Source of the DNA: a virus
Length of the DNA: 64,000 bases
Virus record (IMG/VR): IMGVR_UViG_3300029267_001718
Coordinates: 1 to 64,000 of that record
Strand: one strand, 5' to 3'
The notes beneath the pieces were generated by a model. The model was given only the letters and a program-made list of their open reading frames with translations. It searched no databases and had not been told where the DNA came from. The position numbers were made by a program, and so were the translations under genes. This document shows, piece after piece, positions 28,095 to 38,500 of this stretch; position 1 is the first letter of the stretch; every line of letters starts with the position of its first letter.

Positions 28095-28552
28095 TGGAAC
28101 ATCAGGAAAAGCTCAACAAAGCGATTGCGGACGTTCTACGAGCGGATACCGGGGCGGGGTCACTGGTTGAACTGACAGGGCACACTCCGACGAACATCCG
28201 GATAGCTCGTGATACCCCACCCGTGAAGGGCATGAAGCCGTTTCTGGGGTTCCGGATTGGTCCCTCGGTTCCACTGAACAACGAGACCACGTTTCTGCAG
28301 GAATCACGTGTTGAATTCTGTTGCTGCAGTACACAGGAATTGACGGCAATGCGGATTGCCGATAGACTTGAGGAATTGGTGCACAACACCACCCCCGCGA
28401 GCTATTGGAATTTTTCCAACGGCGACATTAGCAACCGTTCAACACGGTTCGCGAATCGCGGAAAATCGATGCACGACGAAGATACGGATGTGTGGACTGT
28501 CCAAGTGGATTTGGATCTGATCTGGTATGGTCAGCCTTGTCCAGTACCCTAG
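28094..28552 (+). CDS. Tail terminator/completion-like protein
   Basis: Position between gp10-like and tail tube; IADRLEEL pattern. Confidence 0.6.
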   Translation: MEHQEKLNKAIADVLRADTGAGSLVELTGHTPTNIRIARDTPPVKGMKPFLGFRIGPSVPLNNETTFLQESRVEFCCCSTQELTAMRIADRLEELVHNTTPASYWNFSNGDISNRSTRFANRGKSMHDEDTDVWTVQVDLDLIWYGQPCPVP

Positions 28553-28566
28553 TTGGAGGGTTTTTC

Positions 28567-29046
28567 ATGCCGAATGCCGACAACATTATCATCGGGGCGG
28601 CTCAAGTCTCCATCGGTGGTAGCGATGTGGGCTACACCAAGGGCGGTGTCACTGTTCGGTACGAACCTGAGTTTGTCGATGTCATTGCGGATCAGGCCGT
28701 TGGCGTGGTTCGCAAGGGTCGCTCTCTGGAACGTATGTACGTGATGACCACCTTGCTGGAAGTGACGTTGAATCAGATTCGACTCGCTTTCATGCAGCCC
28801 CAGGCAAACCTCTCAGGGCAAACTCTCACGCTTGGCTACGATGATTCGTGTTGGGTGGACGAAGTTGCAATCGTGTTGGTTGGCGTAGGTCCGTCTTGCG
28901 GGACGCGTACCTTCACCTTCAGCAAGTGCGTGACGTTCGGAACTCGCGAATACACAATGCAGCGTGAAGAGGAAACTGCTTTCGAGGTTGAGTTCGAAAT
29001 TCTGAAGGACTCCAATGGAGCCTTCGGGACAATCGTGGACTCCTAA
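28567..29046 (+). CDS. Major tail tube protein
   Basis: NIIIGA..DVGYTKGGV, TTLLEVTL..I..A. Confidence 0.75.
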   Translation: MPNADNIIIGAAQVSIGGSDVGYTKGGVTVRYEPEFVDVIADQAVGVVRKGRSLERMYVMTTLLEVTLNQIRLAFMQPQANLSGQTLTLGYDDSCWVDEVAIVLVGVGPSCGTRTFTFSKCVTFGTREYTMQREEETAFEVEFEILKDSNGAFGTIVDS

Positions 29047-29059
29047 AAAGGAGGGAGTC

Positions 29060-29302
29060 ATGGCGTCATCTGAATTTGGCAATGCGGTTCAATCTGAGTT
29101 GCAAGCACTCGGAATCAACACGCAGCCTGAAGTTCAAGACTTTCGTGTTCCCGGTGAACGCCGGAATGAACAAAAGACTCCAACGGCGGGCGACATGCAC
29201 ACCGTAATCACGAACATCCAAGCTGCTCGCGGGCAGTATTGGATTTCGCGAAAGCGGATGCGACATGACGCTTTGCGGTTGTTGCACGAAGGTCAACTCT
29301 AG
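29060..29302 (+). CDS. Hypothetical protein
   Basis: AAGGAGG RBS. Confidence 0.55.
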   Translation: MASSEFGNAVQSELQALGINTQPEVQDFRVPGERRNEQKTPTAGDMHTVITNIQAARGQYWISRKRMRHDALRLLHEGQL

Positions 29303-29367
29303 TTCTGTGCACCCGGGGACACTCGGGAGCTTTACTAAAATTGCGACACGTAGCAAGGGAGTCCAAA

Positions 29368-29742
29368 ATGGGACACGATTATGCTACCAGTGGTGCGAGC
29401 AACAACATGGGCGACTTCACGGTCACCAAGTCGAACCCGGGGACGACGGTCGTTCGTTTCACGGTCAGCGACGGTTGCTCCCGTCTCACCACTTCCAAGA
29501 TGATTCGTGCGGTCCTGGCCGATGCTATCGACCAGTGGATTGCTGACGAACGCAGCGATCTCGATGCGAACGGTGACGCGAGCGTCAAGGGTTCGGACGA
29601 GTATCCTCTGCCGGGCGATGGCTTCAGTGCCTTCACGTGGAACTTCAGCGGCAAGTACGCGGAAGTGACGCTGACTGCTCTGACGAACATCAGCACGAGC
29701 GGCGATATCACCGTCTCGATTCCGTACGCGGACGTAGCCTAA
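29368..29742 (+). CDS. Putative virion structural protein
   Basis: GGGAG RBS; Ser/Thr/Gly-rich beta composition. Confidence 0.55.
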   Translation: MGHDYATSGASNNMGDFTVTKSNPGTTVVRFTVSDGCSRLTTSKMIRAVLADAIDQWIADERSDLDANGDASVKGSDEYPLPGDGFSAFTWNFSGKYAEVTLTALTNISTSGDITVSIPYADVA

Positions 29743-29786
29743 GCACTGCGGGGTAATTCCCGCACGTGCTGACGGAGGTAAAGATT

Positions 29787-30080
29787 ATGAGTACGACGGA
29801 CAAACCGAAAACTTCTTTCCGAACTAAGAACCTGAACGAAGCGGCATTCATCTGGTCACAAGACGGCGTGGATCTGAAGAACGTTCAGGGAAAACAGGGT
29901 CGTGGCACAACGATCTATTTCCACTTCGATGTGGAAATGTCGGAAGAGGAATTGACGAAGATACTGATAGACTACGCAAATGGAAAAACGCTGGTTGAAC
30001 CCCTAGCATTCTGCGAAAGTTTGCGGAAACTTCGCGATGCTCTACACGGCGGTCTCCAGCATCACCGAAAGTCGAAGTGA
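29787..30080 (+). CDS. DUF5659-like protein
   Basis: FRTKNLNEAAFI...VEPLAF...LRKLR pattern; GGAGG RBS. Confidence 0.55.
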   Translation: MSTTDKPKTSFRTKNLNEAAFIWSQDGVDLKNVQGKQGRGTTIYFHFDVEMSEEELTKILIDYANGKTLVEPLAFCESLRKLRDALHGGLQHHRKSK

Positions 30081-30538
30081 TGTCTGACGCTGATACTGTT
30101 GAACTGACCGAATCGGAGCGAATGGCGAACGTTGGCGTTCCGGTCGAAACGAAGAAACTCGGTACGATTCGCGTACGCGAATTGACTCTTGAGTCGCTGC
30201 TAGGATTGTCAACCGACATTGCGGTTCTTCTGCAAGCCATGCAGGACGAACGCAAAACGTCGGACGACGCTGACGGGTTGGGATTCCTAGCAATTCTCGC
30301 GACGAACCCGAACACTCAGGAAGGGTTGCGACGAATCGCGTCTGCAGCGACTAGCGAGCCTATGGATTCCTTCAAAGAGATGGGAATCGGCGACTGGTTG
30401 AAGATCTCGGTCGCACTGAAGGAAGTCATGGATTGGGAGGAACTGCGGGGCCTTTTTACGCAGCTGATTCCACCGAAGACCTTTACGGCTCTGCGGGAGG
30501 GATTCGCGGCGGCGACAAGCGAGCCCTCGCAAAGCTGA
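30080..30538 (+). CDS. Tail assembly chaperone (gpG-like)
   Basis: Upstream of tape measure; IRVRELTL. Confidence 0.7.
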   Translation: MSDADTVELTESERMANVGVPVETKKLGTIRVRELTLESLLGLSTDIAVLLQAMQDERKTSDDADGLGFLAILATNPNTQEGLRRIASAATSEPMDSFKEMGIGDWLKISVALKEVMDWEELRGLFTQLIPPKTFTALREGFAAATSEPSQS

Positions 30539-30804
30539 TCGATTCCTTTGCATCGGAGTATGGTTGGACGCTGCAACAAATCCTGTCGCACACAATTTTT
30601 CAGCTGAATCGATTGAGTTGGGCGGGTTTGGTTCGGCGTGCACAAAACCGGAAGGAAATGTCGAACGACTTCCGCACTGCACAACACGCAGACCGGAGAG
30701 AATTCGATACGTACGTTGGACGTTTTGACCAAGTGGGTGATGTCAAATCGGACGAACCTGTTAGTGAAAACTTGCCTGACGGTTTGTTGTATTCCAAAGG
30801 GTAA
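30433..30804 (+). CDS. Tail assembly chaperone C-terminal part (gpT-like, -1 frame)
   Basis: Overlaps the TAC in the -1 frame, no good start; FASEYGWTLQQI. Confidence 0.55.
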   Translation: MGGTAGPFYAADSTEDLYGSAGGIRGGDKRALAKLIDSFASEYGWTLQQILSHTIFQLNRLSWAGLVRRAQNRKEMSNDFRTAQHADRREFDTYVGRFDQVGDVKSDEPVSENLPDGLLYSKG

Positions 30805-30807
30805 TCG

Positions 30808-33800
30808 ATGGCACTCGGCGAAGCAGTTCTACGAATCTGGGCAAACGTTCGCGGTCTGCAAGCGGGATTAGCTGCGGGGACTGCGAAACTCAAAGCGTTT
30901 AGTGCATCGGTTTCCAAAGTCGGTGCTTCGCTGACCGCTCTCGGTGCGTCTGCTGCAGCGACGGGTGCGATCCTTCTTGGTGCTCTATCGCCGATTGTCG
31001 TCGTTGGGGCGAAGTTTGAGAAAACCATGTCAGCCGTGAAAGCGGTTGTGGGCGATCTCGCTCCCGCTGCCGAGAACGCGGGCAAAAACTTCGACAAACT
31101 ACGTGCGAAGGCTCAAGAGCTCGGCAAAACGACTGCATGGTCCGCATCGCAAGTCGCGGAAGCGATGAAGTTTCTCGGGTTGGCGGGTTTTCGGACGATT
31201 GACATTCTCAACGGCGTGGAGGCAACGTTGAATCTTGCCTCTGCGGGGGCACTAGATCTTGCCCGAGCGTCTGATATTGCGTCGGATACTCTGACTGCGT
31301 TCCGGATGAATGCAGCGGACCTAAATCGTGTCGCGGATGTTCTAGCGATCACGCAAGCTAGTGCGAACACGACGGTCGAAATGCTCGGCGAGTCGATGAA
31401 ATATGCAGCCACGGTTTCGGCTGCGTACGGTCAATCTCTTGAAGACACTGCAGTAATTCTCGGGTTGCTTGGAAACGCTGGTCTTAAAGCGAGCATCGCA
31501 GGGACCACGTTTGCGAATATGCTGCAGATGCTCACGAAAAACGCGGATCGTGCTGATCGCATTATGCGGAAGTACGGGTTGACGTTTGAAGATATCGATC
31601 CGTTGCTGCACTCAATCACTGACATTATGCGAACGCTCGACAAGGCGGGCGTTAGTGCGGCTGATGTCTTCGACATGTTCGGGAAACGAGCTTTCAAGGG
31701 CGTCCAGGCTGTCTTGGGGCAGATGGAACAAATGGAGTTGTTGGAGCGGGCTATCAACGGGTCAAAACTCGCAGCTATGGAAATGGCTACGACTATGATC
31801 GACAACGTTGCTGGAGCTTTCACACTTCTCAAGTCGGCGGTCGAAGGATTTCTGAATGCACTGTTCGACATGATTCGGGCGGATTTGGGAGCGTTCATTC
31901 ACAAGGTGACGGAACTGGTTGGCAAGGCCCAAGACTGGGTGATGGCGAACGAAGCAATCGTCAAATCAGTCATCGGTGTTGTTTCGAAAATCGGGGCGTT
32001 TATGCTCGCGGTTGGGGTAGCCCTGATTCCATTCGGCGGGTTTATCGCGTTACTTGGAAAAGCGATTGGTGTGATAGCGTCGGTTGTTGCTGCGGTCGTT
32101 TCGTTCAAAGCAATTCTGATCGGTCTTGCGGTCGGTGCAGTCAGCGGTGTGCTGATTCCGGTCTTCGTTGCGTTGGGTAAAGCGTGGCAAAAACTCAAAG
32201 AAATTTTTGTTGCGGTCTGGAACGGATTCATTAAGCCGATCATTGTCGGAATGAAGGAAGGATTTGTTGAAGCCTGGAACAAATTCCTCAAGCCCGCAAT
32301 TGCACGACTCGGCGAAGCGTTTAAGTCGCTGTTCGCTGAGATCTCGATACTCTTTCAAACGATGGGGCAAGGCGATGGGATCTTCAAGAAAATTGCCAGC
32401 GTAATCACATCAATGGTTGTGATTGCGGTTGCGGCACTAGTGCACATCATTGAAGTTCTCGTGGTGGTTGTTAAAAGTGCCGTGCAGTCGTTCACGGCGT
32501 GGAACGATGACTTAATTCGAATGGGGAGACGATTTGGGTGGTGGACTGATAAGGTTAAAACGTCAACTGAACTACTCGCCGAACAGAAGAAACAGGCGGC
32601 GGAAACTACGAGTCAGTTTGGCGATCTCGCTGCACAAGTTGAGAAAAATATTCACGCCAACAAGAATAAAGTCGCATCGCAACAAAAGATCATTGGTCTG
32701 CTACAAACGCAGTCCCGTTGGACGGTCAACGAACTGAATCAATTGGAGGAAGAACTTGCGAAGCATGGCGATCTGAAAACGGCGATTGACGATCAAGTTA
32801 AGGAACGGCAAAAAGATGTCGACGCATTGAAACAACTGATCGACGCGAAGAAAACTCTTGGGATCTCGGCGGCAGCGGAAGAAAAACAATTGAAAGCTGC
32901 AAAGTCGTTGTTGTCTGATGCGTCGTCGGCTCAAAAGCGTTTCAATGAGGACACGAAGGATCTTGTTCGTGAGCAATACCTGTCGGTCGATGCTGTGCGT
33001 GCGGCGAAGGCTGAAATGCAAGCACACACGGAAATGATGGAGGCTGCGGAGCAAGCACAAGGTCGTCTCAAAACTGGGACCGAAAAATTCAACGAACTCT
33101 ATAAGGAATTAACGCAACAAAGTCTTGAGGGATTTGCGGGTGAGATTCAAAAAATTGAGGAAACCCGGGTTGCACAGATTGAACTTACAAAAGCACGCAT
33201 TGCGGATCTTCAGGCAATCCGCACGCGGATGGTGGTGCAACGTAAAGCGGCTGATGAAGATATCGCTACACACATCGCCGAACTTGAAGCGGAACGTGCT
33301 GCGGTGTCGGCAAGCGGTAAAACTACGGCGGAAATCGACGCTAACATTAAGAAATTGTCGGCTGCTCGTAAGGCGGCGAGCGAAGAGTCTGCGGCGGAAA
33401 TTGATAAGATCGATGGGGACATTCGGCAAGCTGCAACTGCTCTCGGATTGATTGAGAAACGTGCGGCGGAAAACATTGCAAAGTCGTTGCAAAAACAATC
33501 GGACGCTCGACGAAAACACTTGCGTCAAATGCAGATCGATGATTTGAAGGCCCGTGAGGAAACGGTTGCTGCGGCTCGATTGGAATCTGACGCGTTGTTG
33601 GAAGAAGAACAAAAACGGATTGATAAGCTGTTCGCGACTCATGCGAAAATGAGTCCCGAGGAAATTGCACGCGTTGAAAATCAACGGGCGGAAGCGATTG
33701 CACTGGCTCGGAATAAGGCTGCGAAAATTATCGAAAAAGCGGAAGAGGATCAAGCGGACAAGAAGGAAAAGAAACTGACGGTTGCTGCTCGCGAAAAGAA

Positions 33801-34662
33801 ATTGGAAACGGATGTCACGTCGCAACTGGTCAAGCGGGTGCAAACGGTTCAGGATCTCTACATTCTCTATCAAGCGTTGGCGAATATTCGACAGGCCCAG
33901 GAAATGCGGGCGTGGCGTGCGGCGGATGCTGCTCTGAAAATGGAGCAACAAATCGTGACGATGAAGGAACGTCGCACGAAAGCCGAAGCACTTGGAAACG
34001 ACGCGGAAGCAACGCGGTTGAACAACCTCATCCAACAGCGGGAACAGCAAGCACTATTCGCTCGGTCGATTGCGGGCAAACGTGCGGGCGAGGCTGGTTT
34101 GGAAGGCATGGCTCATGCGGGGATGTCACAAGAACAAGCCCAACTGAAAAACGTTCTCGATCAAACCGTTCAGAGCATCACGCTCGCACGCGGGAATTTC
34201 AAGATGCTGTTCGACGAAGTCAACGTGATGTTCGGACAAGCACCCGTCAACTGGATTTCATCCTTTCTCACGGCGTGGCACGAGCAAGCCCCGGCTATGA
34301 TCGATGCGGTGTCGGCGACGATGGCGAATCTGAAGTTGGAAATGGACCCAACGACGCAGCATTCTCCTTCGCTAGTGCAAGTTTGGAAACAAAACGTGCG
34401 TGCGGTTTCGGAGGGTGTTGCTGGAATCGGATCGGCGATGCAAAACGCACAGCCACGGTTGCGTGAAGCGGCGTTGTCGCACATGACTCCACGTATTCGC
34501 GGCGTGAGTGCGGGTGGATTTGTCCCCGGGGTTTCTGCGAACGAAATCAACGATAATCGGCAAGTTCAAATGGAAATCCATAGCCAAGTGGACTTGGATG
34601 ATGTACGGAGGAACATTGGCAACGCTCTGAATACTGCCGGAATGAACGCGGAGGGGATCTAA
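30808..34662 (+). CDS. Tape measure protein (TP901-family core)
   Basis: 1284 aa, Ala-rich helical; FEKTMSAV...AQELGKTT..SASQVAEAMKFLGLAG; central hydrophobic stretch. Confidence 0.92.
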   Translation: MALGEAVLRIWANVRGLQAGLAAGTAKLKAFSASVSKVGASLTALGASAAATGAILLGALSPIVVVGAKFEKTMSAVKAVVGDLAPAAENAGKNFDKLRAKAQELGKTTAWSASQVAEAMKFLGLAGFRTIDILNGVEATLNLASAGALDLARASDIASDTLTAFRMNAADLNRVADVLAITQASANTTVEMLGESMKYAATVSAAYGQSLEDTAVILGLLGNAGLKASIAGTTFANMLQMLTKNADRADRIMRKYGLTFEDIDPLLHSITDIMRTLDKAGVSAADVFDMFGKRAFKGVQAVLGQMEQMELLERAINGSKLAAMEMATTMIDNVAGAFTLLKSAVEGFLNALFDMIRADLGAFIHKVTELVGKAQDWVMANEAIVKSVIGVVSKIGAFMLAVGVALIPFGGFIALLGKAIGVIASVVAAVVSFKAILIGLAVGAVSGVLIPVFVALGKAWQKLKEIFVAVWNGFIKPIIVGMKEGFVEAWNKFLKPAIARLGEAFKSLFAEISILFQTMGQGDGIFKKIASVITSMVVIAVAALVHIIEVLVVVVKSAVQSFTAWNDDLIRMGRRFGWWTDKVKTSTELLAEQKKQAAETTSQFGDLAAQVEKNIHANKNKVASQQKIIGLLQTQSRWTVNELNQLEEELAKHGDLKTAIDDQVKERQKDVDALKQLIDAKKTLGISAAAEEKQLKAAKSLLSDASSAQKRFNEDTKDLVREQYLSVDAVRAAKAEMQAHTEMMEAAEQAQGRLKTGTEKFNELYKELTQQSLEGFAGEIQKIEETRVAQIELTKARIADLQAIRTRMVVQRKAADEDIATHIAELEAERAAVSASGKTTAEIDANIKKLSAARKAASEESAAEIDKIDGDIRQAATALGLIEKRAAENIAKSLQKQSDARRKHLRQMQIDDLKAREETVAAARLESDALLEEEQKRIDKLFATHAKMSPEEIARVENQRAEAIALARNKAAKIIEKAEEDQADKKEKKLTVAAREKKLETDVTSQLVKRVQTVQDLYILYQALANIRQAQEMRAWRAADAALKMEQQIVTMKERRTKAEALGNDAEATRLNNLIQQREQQALFARSIAGKRAGEAGLEGMAHAGMSQEQAQLKNVLDQTVQSITLARGNFKMLFDEVNVMFGQAPVNWISSFLTAWHEQAPAMIDAVSATMANLKLEMDPTTQHSPSLVQVWKQNVRAVSEGVAGIGSAMQNAQPRLREAALSHMTPRIRGVSAGGFVPGVSANEINDNRQVQMEIHSQVDLDDVRRNIGNALNTAGMNAEGI

Positions 34663-35051
34663 TGCCGTACCCAACTCTAGCAACGCTCGACGGAACTGAT
34701 CTGCCCCCGCAGTTTTCGTATAAGCCGTATGTTCCTCGTAAACGGAACTCGACGACGCCAACGGCAAACGCGGTAGTCGTGCAAGCGAGTAATCCTCAAA
34801 TCGTTCACGGCGACGGGACTTTGGCGTTCACGATTGAAGCCTGTTATCCTTCCGAGTTTCAAACACTCTACGATCTCTACGACACAAGCACCTTGACTCT
34901 CTACACGTTTGAGGGATACTGGGGTGAAGTGTTGGAAGTCTACTTTGCTCGGTTGGATCAACCCGGGGTTCGCGGACGACTCTTCAGCGTCTCGGGAATG
35001 TTCCAAGTGATGTGTGTAACAACCCCGATGGCCGCAGTCTGTAGTCCATGA
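34662..35051 (+). CDS. Distal tail-like protein
   Basis: Directly follows the tape measure gene; size. Confidence 0.5.
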   Translation: MPYPTLATLDGTDLPPQFSYKPYVPRKRNSTTPTANAVVVQASNPQIVHGDGTLAFTIEACYPSEFQTLYDLYDTSTLTLYTFEGYWGEVLEVYFARLDQPGVRGRLFSVSGMFQVMCVTTPMAAVCSP

Positions 35052-36784
35052 GTTGTCCCGAAATCCGGCAATCGATCTACACGTATGTCGAACAGCCTGC
35101 AGTTGTTTGGCGTAGCGATGTAGTTTTGGAACCTCCGGTTCTTCTAGCACCGGAAAACGAGTCGACGGTTTGCCCGAGCAACACGGGCGGATACGACAAT
35201 CCTTCTGGGATCACGCTGGAGTGGGAAGATCCGGTCGACGCGGATTGGATCATCATTCAAGTCTGTGATAATTCCAGTTTCAACGGTCCTACGCTTCGCT
35301 CGGTCAAAGTGCTCGCCGGGGAAGAATCGTATCAGCTTTCACTGATTTCGGAAATCCGACACGGTGAAAGCGTCTATTGGCGGGCGATGGCGTATAGCAA
35401 TTCGGGCGGTGTTTCCCCGAAGTCGGACGCGTGGCAATTCACTTACGATTGTGGTTCGCCCGGGAAGAAAGGTGGTTCGCCCCCGAGTCCTGCCGGTCGA
35501 CGCCCGTCGCTGTGTGAACTCTACGAAGTGAAGATGGAAGTCGCCGGTCCCGATGTGATAATGGCGTGCTCTCAGGAGAATTTCAATGCAAACGTTGTGT
35601 GGACTTGTGAAGACGGTGACGGTAATGAGATTCTCCGTTTGGATAGCGTTCAGTGGTCCGTTGAAAATGATCCTGCTCACCCTGGACAAATAACGACGCA
35701 AGGCCCGACGAACGGGATGGAAGTGATCGTCAATATAGACTGTGAGTTTTCCGGTCTATTCGCGGTTGTCTTCTGTGCGACGTTCACGCACATTCCAACG
35801 TCTCAGCAATTCGTGTGTTGCGAACGCAAAAAGTTTCGTGTGCACGAGCGGGACATTCCGCAAAACAAACCGCAATTTCAACTGAACGATCCGACGAAGT
35901 TGAAGATATACATGCACCCTGACTACACATCGTTAGGGTCAGGCACGTACATGTATCCTTCGGACGCAAATAAATCAGTGCTTGGTCGCGGTTCGAATGT
36001 GGTTGCGAAGGGTCCGGTGATGCTCGTCAGTCAGGACGTTGCACCCGAACAAAAAGCACGTTGTAAAATTCCGACTGGCGATTCTCAGATGGTGGGAATG
36101 GAGTCGGTTGTCAACATTCCAGTCCCTTGGGTTTGCGATCACATTAAGAAGGAAGGCAAAGCCGATTCCGGTTTGAAATGCGACGATGAGACCCCCTCGG
36201 GTTTGATGGTCGACAACGAAGCCGAGTGCACGTTTGGAATCAATTCGGTGACTGGTCTCAGCATGGTGTTGAAACCGGGGGGTCACCTTGTTGTGGATCT
36301 AGTTGGGGATAGTTATGATTTTGGTGTGACTGAGCACGGGCTTGTTGTTCGTGATGATTGCGAAAAGGATTTGTCTTGGTCGATTCGTCAATACGTGGAC
36401 ATTAAGGATTGGGCAATCAGCGGCGGTCTGGTCTTCGACATTTGCAACTATTGCTATGGTTGGTATCCAGGCGAAGAATTGCCTGATCCTGCCGGATGTT
36501 CGGATACGATGGTAGTGTCGGGCGGTGACGATGAAGGGATCAATGATAACTACACTAAATCGGGCACTTACAACGGCGAGCCCGCTTGGGTCAACAGTTC
36601 TTCGCCTCCGTACCAATATTGGATTTGGTGGGATTCAACTGCGGGCGAATGGCGAGTGAGTCAAAACAAGGGTGATGATTTCGACTATTACGCGGGCGGT
36701 GGCGATGCGAATTGCCCGAGTGGTGGCGGAGCGTATACCGGATTCGGAGTACATACCGGAACTATTCTAGTGCAAGAGGGTTAG
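35048..36784 (+). CDS. Tail or tail-tip protein with FN3/Ig-like N-terminal domain, Cys-rich
   Basis: PVLLAPEN, ITLEWED, YWRAMAY...SDAWQF. Confidence 0.6.
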   Translation: MSCPEIRQSIYTYVEQPAVVWRSDVVLEPPVLLAPENESTVCPSNTGGYDNPSGITLEWEDPVDADWIIIQVCDNSSFNGPTLRSVKVLAGEESYQLSLISEIRHGESVYWRAMAYSNSGGVSPKSDAWQFTYDCGSPGKKGGSPPSPAGRRPSLCELYEVKMEVAGPDVIMACSQENFNANVVWTCEDGDGNEILRLDSVQWSVENDPAHPGQITTQGPTNGMEVIVNIDCEFSGLFAVVFCATFTHIPTSQQFVCCERKKFRVHERDIPQNKPQFQLNDPTKLKIYMHPDYTSLGSGTYMYPSDANKSVLGRGSNVVAKGPVMLVSQDVAPEQKARCKIPTGDSQMVGMESVVNIPVPWVCDHIKKEGKADSGLKCDDETPSGLMVDNEAECTFGINSVTGLSMVLKPGGHLVVDLVGDSYDFGVTEHGLVVRDDCEKDLSWSIRQYVDIKDWAISGGLVFDICNYCYGWYPGEELPDPAGCSDTMVVSGGDDEGINDNYTKSGTYNGEPAWVNSSSPPYQYWIWWDSTAGEWRVSQNKGDDFDYYAGGGDANCPSGGGAYTGFGVHTGTILVQEG

Positions 36785-36785
36785 A

Positions 36786-38201
36786 ATGCACAATGTGTTA
36801 CTGTCGGCTATACATGAGGAATTCGTAAGGAGTCGAATCTTTCAAGCGGTGACTCCCGAACGCGGTGTTCGGTTCATCAATTTCCTCAAGCACAATTCCG
36901 TAGATGACATTCGCGGTGAGTTTGACTGGTGGAATGTTTCCTACGATTCTGAAAAGCAAGTATTCACCTTGCAACTCCAACGGGACGGCAAAGTCGCGGC
37001 GTTGCTGACGATGGATTCGAAGGGGATCTGGCGAGGACGTTCGCGGGTGTCGAACGGGACGCTGGTTCTGACTTCAACGGTCAGGGGCGAGCACTGGAAA
37101 ATTCTCGGGAGTCCGGTCAAATTCTACGCGACGATTGAAGTCGATCCGGATGAGCCAACGTTTCGATACGAGGATCATCTTCCACCGCAGCTTGACTGGT
37201 CTGAAGTCGGGTTGAATCTTCGGAAACCTCCGTATTGGAATCACATCCGAGAGTTTCCGAAATCGGACACGGCGATTGCTCTGGTCGGACACGATAGACC
37301 CACGTATTTTGAGCGTGTGGTCAAATCGCTCGCGGCGAATAAGGGAGTGATTGAAGGCATCCCGGTTTACGTGTTCCTCGACGCGTGCGATCCTGATGTG
37401 ATGCGTGAGCAGGAAAACTTGGCGAAGGCGATCCTGCCGGTTGTGCTCGTGGTAAAGCGGCCAGTCAATTTCGGCTGCGGGCGAAACCTGATTGACGCAC
37501 GTCGACAAGTGTTTGATTTGCTCGGGTATCGTCAAGCGTTCATCTGTGAAGATGATTTGGTGTTGTCGGAAACCTACCTTTCGACGTGCCTCCAATTGTA
37601 TAGATGGGCGACAGAGACCTACAGCGACGTTGGAGCGGTTCAAGCGTGGAACTTCTGTACGCTTCCCCTCGACGCTAAACGAGAAGCACACAGCCTCGTG
37701 AAAGCCACTTGGACGAATTGGTGGGGTTATCTGATGGGGCACGAGACTTGGAGACGGATTCGGGCGTTCCTCTACAAGTTTGAGCGGCTGTTTCTCGGTG
37801 GTGTCTATGCTCGTCGCCCGCATCGGTCGGTCAAAAAGTGGTTCCAGCTGAAGTATAGCTCTGAACGAGATCCGATTGGTGTCTCGGATCACTATCCGGT
37901 CGACAGCGAATTCTACACCCGTCGCGAGGCATATTTGAACGGTCCTCCCACTGGTCAGGACGCAGCGACTTCGTATGCGATGGATCTGGCGGGGTACGTG
38001 CGACTGTGCACGCTAGTCAATCACGGGGAGTACATTGGGCAGCAAGGGATTCACATGAATCCGAAATGGTTCACGCGGGAAGGTTTTGGGAACATCCGCC
38101 TGGATGAACTTGGGACGCCTAAGCAATTCGTTCCGCTGAAGGAAGGGCAATCCTTCGAACGTCTCGACTCGGCAATCAAGGGGGGTTTGGAGTTCAAATG
38201 A
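36786..38201 (+). CDS. GT-A glycosyltransferase (GT2/GT13-like)
   Basis: HDRPTYFERVVKSL, NFGCGRN, ICEDD, WWGY, GQD. Confidence 0.8.
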   Translation: MHNVLLSAIHEEFVRSRIFQAVTPERGVRFINFLKHNSVDDIRGEFDWWNVSYDSEKQVFTLQLQRDGKVAALLTMDSKGIWRGRSRVSNGTLVLTSTVRGEHWKILGSPVKFYATIEVDPDEPTFRYEDHLPPQLDWSEVGLNLRKPPYWNHIREFPKSDTAIALVGHDRPTYFERVVKSLAANKGVIEGIPVYVFLDACDPDVMREQENLAKAILPVVLVVKRPVNFGCGRNLIDARRQVFDLLGYRQAFICEDDLVLSETYLSTCLQLYRWATETYSDVGAVQAWNFCTLPLDAKREAHSLVKATWTNWWGYLMGHETWRRIRAFLYKFERLFLGGVYARRPHRSVKKWFQLKYSSERDPIGVSDHYPVDSEFYTRREAYLNGPPTGQDAATSYAMDLAGYVRLCTLVNHGEYIGQQGIHMNPKWFTREGFGNIRLDELGTPKQFVPLKEGQSFERLDSAIKGGLEFK

Positions 38202-38485
38202 TTGACGACATTCGCGTTCCGAAAAATATTTTTCAGAAAGCGTTGTCTGCGATTAGTGCCTTGGTTTCGGGTGAAACCGTTGGTGAAATGCAGATGCGAA
38301 AACGCGTTGAGGTTTGTGCTCAATGTGAGTACGTGCGTGAAGCGAACGGCGAAATGCGATGCGGGATCTGCGGATGCAAAATCTCAGGAGATCGTGGAAT
38401 TTTGAACCTCGCGAAGTTTGTCGAAACTGACTCCTATGGATGCAAACATCCGAACGGTAGTCAGTGGAAAGCGAACGGATGCTGA
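38198..38485 (+). CDS. Small Cys-rich (zinc-binding-like) protein
   Basis: R...CxxC...CxxCGC...C.HP...W. Confidence 0.65.
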   Translation: MIDDIRVPKNIFQKALSAISALVSGETVGEMQMRKRVEVCAQCEYVREANGEMRCGICGCKISGDRGILNLAKFVETDSYGCKHPNGSQWKANGC

Positions 38486-38500
38486 GAACCGGAGTATGAA

